Assembly (NCBI GenBank): GCA_001730065.1
Contig: MDLE01000007.1
Span: 4,435-68,434, forward strand
DNA length: 64,000 bases
Direction of reading: 5' to 3'
DNA from: Rickettsiales bacterium (ex Bugula neritina AB1)
GTDB taxonomy: Bacteria > Pseudomonadota > Alphaproteobacteria > CAJXXZ01 > UBA1459
Below are positions 38,917 through 47,400 of the stretch, in pieces; within the stretch, counting starts at the first letter, position 1; each line of letters begins with the position of its first letter. Position numbers and translations under genes: made by a program. Under the pieces are notes generated by a model. The model saw nothing but the letters and a program-made list of their open reading frames with translations, made no database searches and was not told the DNA's origin.

Positions 38917-39372
38917 CTATTTTACCTTGCTACTACTAACTTTTTTTTTATTAGAAGATTGATTTTTTAACTTATTAGAATTTTTTAAAATATTATCTTG
39001 ATTATATTCTTTTAAATTATTTTTTTTTTTATTATTAATGGATATCATACGAATTTCTATACCATGACTAATATTCATATCAGATATAAACTGAATATTT
39101 TTTATATTTTCTCCTAAAGAATAAATATCTATAATACGACGATGTACTTTAATACAAAAATGTTCCATACTTGTTTTATAAACATGAGGAGATCTCAAAG
39201 CTAAAAACATTCTAGTACTATTCACTAAAGGTATAGGTCCTGCGTATTTCACCCCTAATTCGTCCATGTTTTTTGTAAGTTCCTTCAAAAATTTATCTAA
39301 TATCTTATAATCAAAAGAAGAAGCTACAAGACGTGTTTTTTTTTCTGTATTATTTTTTTTTTCTGTACTCAT
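38917..39372 (-). CDS. rpsJ: Ribosomal protein uS10 with about 40-aa N/K-rich C-terminal extension
   Basis: LRSPHVYKTSMEHFCIKVHRRIIDIY core; 151 aa against about 105 typical. Confidence 0.88.
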   Translation of the reverse strand: MSTEKKNNTEKKTRLVASSFDYKILDKFLKELTKNMDELGVKYAGPIPLVNSTRMFLALRSPHVYKTSMEHFCIKVHRRIIDIYSLGENIKNIQFISDMNISHGIEIRMISINNKKKNNLKEYNQDNILKNSNKLKNQSSNKKKVSSSKVK

Positions 39373-39383
39373 ATAAATACCAT

Positions 39384-40622
39384 TTAATTATTATCTTCAT
39401 TTGGCTTAAACACACCAATTGTTTGTTTACCATCTCTTAAAATAATTGGATTTACTGGTATCAATTTATCGGATTCCAACTCAATTACTGCAATATCACC
39501 AGGATAAATAAGTTTTTCTTCTAAACGAGGGCATTCTATAATATTTTTAATTGTGACAGCTGAAGCGGTAACACCTGAGTAACCATGGGGTCTATATCCA
39601 ACACCCACAGGATTTTTTCTCACATCTTCATAAAGATAAAAAGTACCTTTAAATTTATTGCTCAATTTTATTTCACCAAGTACTACACCTCTTGATAAAT
39701 CTTCCGGTTTTACACCCTTTAAAACAATACCGATGTTATCATCAGGATCAGCTTCTGAGACCTTGACTCTAAACTTTTCTATACTAAATACTGTTGCTTT
39801 TTTTTTTACACCTTTACGATCTATAAAAGGTATAACATCACCTACCTTTAATGTACCATTTTTTACTCTTGTAGTTACTACATAAAATTGAACTTTTTTA
39901 TTTTCACCAGAACCTACAAATATTGGAATTACTTCTTCAACAGTTGCGCAAAAAGGAAGTAATTTTCTTTCTTCTATGTTTTTTATAGGTAAAGTATCAA
40001 TTATTTCTAATAGAGAAATAATTGCTTTTCCTCCTAAATCCGTGTAATTTCCTGTAGAAGATTCCTTCAAAGCTTCTGTTGCAGAACAAAACACATATGG
40101 ACAATCATTATAACCATACTTTTCTAATACTTCATCTACTTCCATTTTTGCTACTTCAGCATTATCTAAACCATATAAATCACATTTATTTATAACAATA
40201 ATGACTTGACTAACACCAAGATTATTTAATAATTTAATATGTTCAAGAGTTTGAGGTTGTACACCATCTCCTGCACTTACTAATAAAATTGCTATTTGAA
40301 TGTTTGCAGCACCTGTAATCATATTTTTTACATAATCTGCGTGACCTGGACAATCTACATGTCCCAAAACACGGTGTTTTGTATGATACTCTATACAGGT
40401 TGAATTAATAGTAATACCTCTTTCTTTTTCTTCACGTGTTTTATCAATGTTATCTAGACCAATGAGAGTTTTTTTTTCTTGATCTTTATTTTTATAAATT
40501 GCGTCTGATATATTTTTTATGGCAGCTGTAAGAGTACTTTTACCATGATCTACATGACCTACAGTACCAACATTCACAAATACTTTTTTATTTTCTTCAA
40601 TATCTACATCTGTTTTTGACAT
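39384..40622 (-). CDS. tuf: Elongation factor Tu (divergent domains II/III)
   Basis: G domain VGTVGHVDHGKSTLTAAI, DCPGHADYVKNMITGAA, NKCD; positioned immediately upstream of rpsJ. Domain II/III hallmarks (GRGTVVTGRVERG, GGRHTPF, REGGRTVGAG) are not conserved. Confidence 0.85.
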   Translation of the reverse strand: MSKTDVDIEENKKVFVNVGTVGHVDHGKSTLTAAIKNISDAIYKNKDQEKKTLIGLDNIDKTREEKERGITINSTCIEYHTKHRVLGHVDCPGHADYVKNMITGAANIQIAILLVSAGDGVQPQTLEHIKLLNNLGVSQVIIVINKCDLYGLDNAEVAKMEVDEVLEKYGYNDCPYVFCSATEALKESSTGNYTDLGGKAIISLLEIIDTLPIKNIEERKLLPFCATVEEVIPIFVGSGENKKVQFYVVTTRVKNGTLKVGDVIPFIDRKGVKKKATVFSIEKFRVKVSEADPDDNIGIVLKGVKPEDLSRGVVLGEIKLSNKFKGTFYLYEDVRKNPVGVGYRPHGYSGVTASAVTIKNIIECPRLEEKLIYPGDIAVIELESDKLIPVNPIILRDGKQTIGVFKPNEDNN

Positions 40623-40745
40623 TTATTTATGATCCTTTCTTAATAATTTATACATTATATCTATATATATTTTTATCATAAAAGCTCATTAATTTCAAAT
40701 ATATTGTTGAAAGATTATTAATTATATAATAAAATTTTTTCATAT

Positions 40746-41789
40746 ATGCAAATATGTTATAAAAAATTGTTATTAGAATTCATAGTTGATATAGTTTTCT
40801 CTTTAATAAATTTGTACTTTTGGATTAATAAAAAAATTTCAAAAGAAAAAATAAAAAAATTTCTTTTTCATCATCATAAAAAAAATTTTACACCTAACAT
40901 GGGAGGTGTACCTATTCTAATAAGTCTAATACCTTCTTTATTGATATATAATAGTTGGTATGTTAACTTACTTTTAATTGGGAATTTCACTATCGGTTTA
41001 ATAGATGATCTTCTAAAAAATAAAAAAAATCTTAGTAATAATTACAAAATGATAATGTGGTGTTTATTTAATATCTTTGTTATGTATATCTATAAGATAT
41101 TTAATAATAGCATTATATGTTTACCATTCGGGTATTATGGAGATTTAGGATATATGTATATATTATTCACAAGTGTTTTTATTTTACTTACTATAAACGC
41201 TATTAATATTACTGATGGCCTTGATGGTTTAGCTACTTTTCCTGTAATTACAAACTGTATGTTTTTTATTTTGATTTCTTATTTACAAAATGATTATAAT
41301 ATACTTTATGTGACATTATCATTTTTAGGAGTTTTAATAAGTTTTTTATTTTTTAATATTTTTCCTGCAAAAATTTTTATGTCTGATTCTGGATCACTAT
41401 TATTAGGAAGTTTTATTGCGATATCATATATTCAAACAAAATCAGAATTTTTTATTTTTATTGTAGGTAGTGTATTTATTATAAATATTTTAACATCGTT
41501 TTTACAGGTAACTTCTTTACAATTTTTTAAATATAAGTTATTTAAAATTGCACCTTTACATCATTATTTAGAATTCCTTAAGTTTCAAGAATCAACTATT
41601 GTATTTTATGGTTGGTTATTAAGTTTATTTTCACTTTTAATAGGTGTTATGGGGTATCTATCCTATAAATCTTTTTTATATGAATCTTTATGGATAATTA
41701 ATTTTTTAAATTATATTACCATTGCTTTTATAATTTTTCTAGTTGTTTTATTTATTCTTTTAAAAATAAAAAAAAATAAAAAAAAATAA
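40746..41789 (+). CDS. mraY: Phospho-MurNAc-pentapeptide translocase
   Basis: TPNMGGV, LIDDL, INAINITDGLDGLA, multi-TM. Confidence 0.9.
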   Translation: MQICYKKLLLEFIVDIVFSLINLYFWINKKISKEKIKKFLFHHHKKNFTPNMGGVPILISLIPSLLIYNSWYVNLLLIGNFTIGLIDDLLKNKKNLSNNYKMIMWCLFNIFVMYIYKIFNNSIICLPFGYYGDLGYMYILFTSVFILLTINAINITDGLDGLATFPVITNCMFFILISYLQNDYNILYVTLSFLGVLISFLFFNIFPAKIFMSDSGSLLLGSFIAISYIQTKSEFFIFIVGSVFIINILTSFLQVTSLQFFKYKLFKIAPLHHYLEFLKFQESTIVFYGWLLSLFSLLIGVMGYLSYKSFLYESLWIINFLNYITIAFIIFLVVLFILLKIKKNKKK

Positions 41790-41849
41790 ATAAGAATCAT
41801 AGTCTAAATTTTTATATTTTATTTCTATATTTTATTTTAAAATAATTTT

Positions 41850-42851
41850 ATGTTTAATATATTCAATAAAAATTTTAAAAAAGAAGAAAAATCTAGTTTG
41901 TTTAAAACAAATATTAATTGGATTAATCCATCTATTGTTAGTTTAGAGGAAGCTTATTATAATAATCCAATAGTTTTTAGGTGTATTAATCTATTTATAG
42001 AATATTTACATCCTATTAATTTCATTTCTGAAAATAATATAATATCTAATTATTTAAAAAAAAATATAAAATACATTGCTCATAATTTATTAGTATATGG
42101 TAATTGTTTTATTCATAAAGATTTATTTTTTTTATCTCTATATGACCTTAAAATACTCACACACGAGAAAACAAATGAATTAATGGGGTATCGTTTAAAA
42201 GATAAAATTTACGATAAATCAGAAGTAATACATATTAAATATGATTTTAATTCTTATCGACTATATGGTGTTAGTCCTATACAAGTTGCTATGAAGTCTA
42301 TTAATTTGTATAATAATATTTTTGAATATTTAGTAACATTGGTACAAAGTGGTGGACGTCCTTCAGGTATATTATCTCATGAAGAAGTACTAACGGAACA
42401 AGAAAAAAATAAATTAAAACAAGATTTTAAAGATATTCATACAAATTTTGGACATAATGTTAGTCTTCTTATGACAGGTGGAAGTTTTAAATGGCAATCC
42501 ATTGGATGTGAGCCAGAAAAATTAGAATTACATCGTCGCCTAGATGAAACAATGCGAGATATTTCTACTGTATTTGGAATACCTACTATGTTATTGGGAG
42601 CAATTAGAGATAATCTTACATTTTCTAATTTTCAAATTGCTCGTGAATATATGTTAGAGGATATAGTTGCACCTTTTGTTCATAAAATAACCAATATTTT
42701 TGAAAGTTTTTTTTCAACAAATATAGATTTTTCTTGTGAGAATTTACAACAAATTGATAAACATAGTTGTAATTTAGAAAAAATCTTAACTATTAATGAA
42801 AGAAGAAGCTTATTTGGTTTTGCGTCAATATCTAATGGAGATAAAATGTGA
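41850..42851 (+). CDS. HK97-family phage/GTA portal protein (RcGTA g3-like), shortened (333 aa)
   Basis: Portal-family region GVSPIQVAMKSINLYNNIFEYLVTLVQSGGRPSGILS and ...FGIPTMLLG.... TGA stop overlaps the next start (GTGA). Confidence 0.8.
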   Translation: MFNIFNKNFKKEEKSSLFKTNINWINPSIVSLEEAYYNNPIVFRCINLFIEYLHPINFISENNIISNYLKKNIKYIAHNLLVYGNCFIHKDLFFLSLYDLKILTHEKTNELMGYRLKDKIYDKSEVIHIKYDFNSYRLYGVSPIQVAMKSINLYNNIFEYLVTLVQSGGRPSGILSHEEVLTEQEKNKLKQDFKDIHTNFGHNVSLLMTGGSFKWQSIGCEPEKLELHRRLDETMRDISTVFGIPTMLLGAIRDNLTFSNFQIAREYMLEDIVAPFVHKITNIFESFFSTNIDFSCENLQQIDKHSCNLEKILTINERRSLFGFASISNGDKM

Positions 42852-43207
42852 AGTATCAAGGTTATTGTATATATAATAATATAATAGATAAAGAAAACGA
42901 TACATTTTTACCAAATAGTCTTATTAGTAAACAAAATGTATCTATATTTTTAGAACATAATAAAAGTATTGGTGTTACTACTTCTATCAATGAAGATAAA
43001 AAAGGTATATTCATAAAATTTAACATTTTAAAAAAATATGAAATTTATGTAAAAAATCATCCATATCTTTCTATTGGTTTTGTTACTAATAAATTTCATA
43101 GAATTAATAATAATAGGTATATTATTGAGTTTAAATTAATAGAAATATCAATTGTAAAATTTCCTGTACAGGAAAATACAAAGTTTTTTTTTGAAAAAAA
43201 TTTATGA
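42848..43207 (+). CDS. HK97-family prohead protease (RcGTA g4-like), miniaturised (119 aa)
   Basis: YQGYCIYNNIIDKENDTFLPNSL (GYAS-type N-terminus), FLEHNKSIGV (candidate catalytic His), YLSIGFV (candidate catalytic Ser), EISIVKFPVQENT. GTG start coupled to the portal stop. Confidence 0.7.
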   Translation: MKYQGYCIYNNIIDKENDTFLPNSLISKQNVSIFLEHNKSIGVTTSINEDKKGIFIKFNILKKYEIYVKNHPYLSIGFVTNKFHRINNNRYIIEFKLIEISIVKFPVQENTKFFFEKNL

Positions 43208-43288
43208 TTTAATAAAATTGTTATTTTTTTATTTATATTACTTGATTTTTTTTTTTATAAATGTAATAATAATAATTATTAATATTCA

Positions 43289-43345
43289 ATTGTCATTTTT
43301 AAATATAATAGTAATGAATTAAAAATTCATAAATATTCAGACAAT
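43289..43345 (+). promoter_or_regulatory. Nested stem-loop in the rplJ leader (candidate L10 autoregulatory leader)
   Basis: ATTGTC (43289-43294) pairs with GACAAT (43340-43345) and encloses the hairpin ATGAATT (43314-43320) / AATTCAT (43324-43330). It lies about 27 nt upstream of the rplJ GTG, with GGAG at 43359-43362. Confidence 0.3.
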
Positions 43346-43371
43346 AGAATTTATAAATGGAGTGGTAATAA

Positions 43372-43914
43372 GTGACATTAAGATGTAAAAAAATTAACGA
43401 AAGAAAAGTACATTCTATTGACAAGTTACATTCCGCCTATGCATCAATACAAAAATCTCAAAAAAAAGATTCAGGAGTTATTATTCTTCAATATTTATCA
43501 CTACCAAACTCTTTAATGAACATATTAAGAAAGAGTTTATGGGATTATGGTAAATTAGTTTTTTTAAAAAATACTTTATTTAAGGTTTTTTTAAAAAATT
43601 ATGAATTACCAATAACAAAAGAATTTTTAGATGATATGTATGGATATAATATGGTATTTTTTGGAAACAATTTTTTACAATCAAATCATGAAATTCATAA
43701 AATTATGAAAAATAATCAAAATATTTCTGAGAGATTAGTGATATCTTGTGGTACATTAAATAATGAATTTTTTTCTTCTTCAAAAATGAACGAAATAAGG
43801 AAATATTCTAATGTGGCGGATGTTGTATCTGTATTAGTAGGATTGTTAAGAGTACAACAAATTCAAATTATTAAAATACTAATGGAAATAGAAAAGATAA
43901 AGACCAATAAATAG
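43372..43914 (+). CDS. rplJ: Ribosomal protein uL10
   Basis: GTG start after GGAG; L10 pattern (VIILQYLSLPNSLMNILRKSL...VFLKNTL); sits immediately upstream of rplL. Confidence 0.85.
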   Translation: MTLRCKKINERKVHSIDKLHSAYASIQKSQKKDSGVIILQYLSLPNSLMNILRKSLWDYGKLVFLKNTLFKVFLKNYELPITKEFLDDMYGYNMVFFGNNFLQSNHEIHKIMKNNQNISERLVISCGTLNNEFFSSSKMNEIRKYSNVADVVSVLVGLLRVQQIQIIKILMEIEKIKTNK

Positions 43915-43923
43915 GAGAAATAT

Positions 43924-44340
43924 ATGAGTAAAAAAATAGAAGATATTATTGCAGCAATTATGTCTGCTAGTACAGAAGAAATGTTAAAAATTATTGAGAG
44001 TTTAAAGGAAAAATTTGGTATTTCTAGCGAAGCTCTTATGGCTACAAATAATAGTAATAGTAGTAATGATAATAAACAATCAGCAGAAGAGGAAGAATCT
44101 GCTGTTTATTCTATAACATGTAATGGATTAGTTGGTGATATTGATCAATTAAAAGTACTAAAAGTTATTAAAGAATTTAATGGTATGGGATATGTAGATA
44201 TAAAAACCAATATTATAGAAAAAGTAAAAAAAGGTGATTCAGTAGTTATTAAAGAAGGTTTAGATCTAAATGAATCAAAAAAAATCTCTGAAACTTTAAC
44301 GGGATTAAATTTAAAAGTAGAATTTAAAAAACAATCTTAA
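43924..44340 (+). CDS. rplL: Ribosomal protein bL12 (L7/L12)
   Basis: N-terminal dimerisation helix, an acidic/Asn hinge, and a C-terminal domain (KVLKVIKEFNGMGYVDIKTNIIE...KEGL...). Confidence 0.9.
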   Translation: MSKKIEDIIAAIMSASTEEMLKIIESLKEKFGISSEALMATNNSNSSNDNKQSAEEEESAVYSITCNGLVGDIDQLKVLKVIKEFNGMGYVDIKTNIIEKVKKGDSVVIKEGLDLNESKKISETLTGLNLKVEFKKQS

Positions 44341-44400
44341 AAAATATAATATAAAAAAATTATGTTTTTTATTTATTATGTTTGGTGGTAGTAAAACAAT

Positions 44401-47400
44401 ATGCAAAATAAAAATAAACTTAAAAGTATGTCTCGTACTTTAAAAAGAGAAATAGTAAGAAGAGTTTTTGCAAGAAAAGAGTGGTCATTACAGGAACTTC
44501 CTGGGGTTTTAGACTTTCAGTTGGATAGTTTTAAAAAATTTATTGATAAAGAATTAAACAATAAAATTAGTCTTCACAATCTTTTTAAAGAATCTTTTCC
44601 GATTGTAGATTTAAATAATCGTATAAAAATAGAGTATATTGATTATAAATTACAGGATTCTATTTTTTCACCTCAAGAATGTAGAAACAGGGGTGCTACT
44701 TATGTAAAGAAAATTTTTCTGAAATTACGTATCATTGGTGAGGTTTCTAGTAGTCCTATGAAAAATAATAATGAAGAATTAGATGAGGAAGAAAATAATA
44801 TTACTTCTGAAAAGAATTCATCTACAAAACAGGTTTTTAAAGAAGATTGGTTTTATACAGGTAATTTACCATTAATGACAGACACTTGTAATTTTATTAT
44901 TAATGGTAATGAAAAATATGTAGTATCTCAGTTAAAAAGATGCCCTGGTCCTTTTTTTTGTAAAGGAATTGATGTAACTTCTAATACCCATGATTATTTT
45001 ATTAAATTAATTCCACTAATAGGTTCTTGGATTGAATTTATTATTGATAAAAATGATACTATAGTTGTTAAAATTGATAAGAAAAAAAAAATATTATTTT
45101 CAACATTTTTAATGTGTTTTGAAAATCCTGAAGATACTAATGCATCTTTATTTGATAAAGAAAGTATTTTATCTAATTTTTATAAAAATTGTTCCTTAAA
45201 GTTTACGGATGACTATGAATATCTTAAATTACCTAATAAATTAGAATTTTTTTTAGGAAAAAGTTTTAATTGTGATATATGGAATTCTACAAAAAAAAAA
45301 ATTTTATTTCCTGCGAAAGTTATTATTTCTGAAGAAGAGTTTTATAAAAATGAAAAAGATTCTTTTGTGGCACCTATATCTATATTAAAAGATTGTATAT
45401 CTGCTAGTTATATTGTGAATAATACTACTGGTGAAATATACACGGAAGCGGGAGATAGTTTTTCTGAAAAAGTTATAATTGATAAAGTCTTTAAGACAGA
45501 AAAAATAAAAGAAGTATCTATTTTATTAATAGGAAATCAAAGAGAGGATATGTTTGTTTTAAACACTATCCAAAAAGATAATCATTGTAATAGACCTGAG
45601 GCTTTAAACAACTGGGGAAGGGTTTTTAAATATAGTGAATATCTAAATTTTGATGGATTAGTAAAATACTTTAAAGACAACTATGAAAGTAATAAGTTTT
45701 ATGATTTATCTAAAATAGGTAGATATCGTCTAAATCAAAAAATCCTTAGTATTAAAAAATATAAAAATATTTTTGGAGATTTTGATGATTGCGAAGAATC
45801 TTCTTCTACTTTTCTTAGAACGCAAGATATTATTAGAATGGTACAGTCTTTAATTTTATTATACAAAGGCTATTTTAAAGAAGATGATATGGATGATTAT
45901 ACAAACAGAAGAGTAAGACCTGTAGGTGAATTATTTAATTATTGTATTAAAATAGGAATAGATAAATTAAAGAAAAAATTTAATAGTAAATATATTATTC
46001 TTACGGAAGAAAATCTTAAAAATCTTGATTTTTTTAATATTCGTAGTATCCTATATACATTATTAGATTTTTTAAATACTTCTCAATTATGTCAATTTGC
46101 GGATCAAAATAATCCTTTGTCAAAAATTTCTCATAGTAGAAAATTATCTAATTTTGGACCTGGTGGTATTTTAAAAGATCGAGTACCTGATTCTTTAAGA
46201 TCTATTAGTCATACACAAATTGGTCGTGTATGTGCTATAGAAACACCGGAGGGACAAAAAATAGGTTTAGTGACTTTTTTATCATCTCATGCAAAGATTG
46301 ATGATAATGGTTTTTTAATGGCACCTTATTATTCCGTAAAAAATGGTATTGCAGATACTTCAAAAGTTGTATACTTAACGGCTTTTGAAGAAGAAGAAAA
46401 AGTAATTGCAGAAAAAATTTTTTTTCATTACGATAAAAACCACCAATTAGTGATTAAGGATAATGACATTTATGCTAGAAAAGGTAATGTATATACATAT
46501 TTTTCTAAAGATCAAATTAATTTTGTAGAAGTATCACCTTTACAATTTGTTTCTTTATCTGTTGCGCTTATAGTTTTTTTGTCTCATAATGACTCTTATC
46601 GTATATTAATGTCAGGAAATATGGCTAAACAAGCACTTCCACTATTAGTAGGTAAAGCACCTAATATTGCTACAGGTTTTGAAAAAAAAATCGCTGAATC
46701 ATCTAAAGAGATTATTACTGCTCACACCGCCGGAGTTGTAAGGATGGTAGATAGTCGTCGTATTGTTGTAGAATCTTTAGATCCTATTAGTCAGCTACCA
46801 AAAATTGACATTTATGAATTAAGTAAGTATACACGTACTAATCAAGATACTTGTAGTAATCAAAAACCTATTGTACAAATTGGAGATAATATATCTGTTG
46901 GAAGTATTTTAGCGGATGGTTATGGTACCTATAAAGGTGAATTAGCGTTAGGTAATGATTTTACAGTATTATATAGATCTTGTGCGGATTGTTTTGAAGA
47001 TGCTATTTTAGTAAATAGTAGTACTATTGAAAATGACTCTTTTACATCTATTAATGTTATTGAATTAGAGTGTATTGCAAAAGATACAAGATTTGGTGTA
47101 GAAGAAATTTCTCGTGATTTACAATATTTTGGTAATACAGATTTATCACATCTTGATGAATTTGGTATTGTTACGGTAGGAACTAATGTACGTCCTGGTA
47201 TGATATTAGTTGGTAAAATAACTCCTAGAAGTGAAGGTAACACAGATCTGCAACATAAATTATTACAGGTAATTTTTGCGGATAAAAGTAGTAATTACAA
47301 GGATACATCTTTAAGGGTTCCTCCTGCTATTTATGGTACCGTAACACGTGTTGAGATTTTTACTAGATCAGGAGTAGAATTTGATGGAAGTGCTTTAACG

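Noticed and set aside
28818-43207. Terminase, portal and protease genes, considered as evidence for a prophage or mobile island.
   Set aside because: The genes are 12 kb apart and separated by the core ribosomal operon. No integrase, att-like repeats, capsid, tail or lysis genes are present, and composition matches the surroundings. They are better explained as dispersed, domesticated GTA-type remnants.
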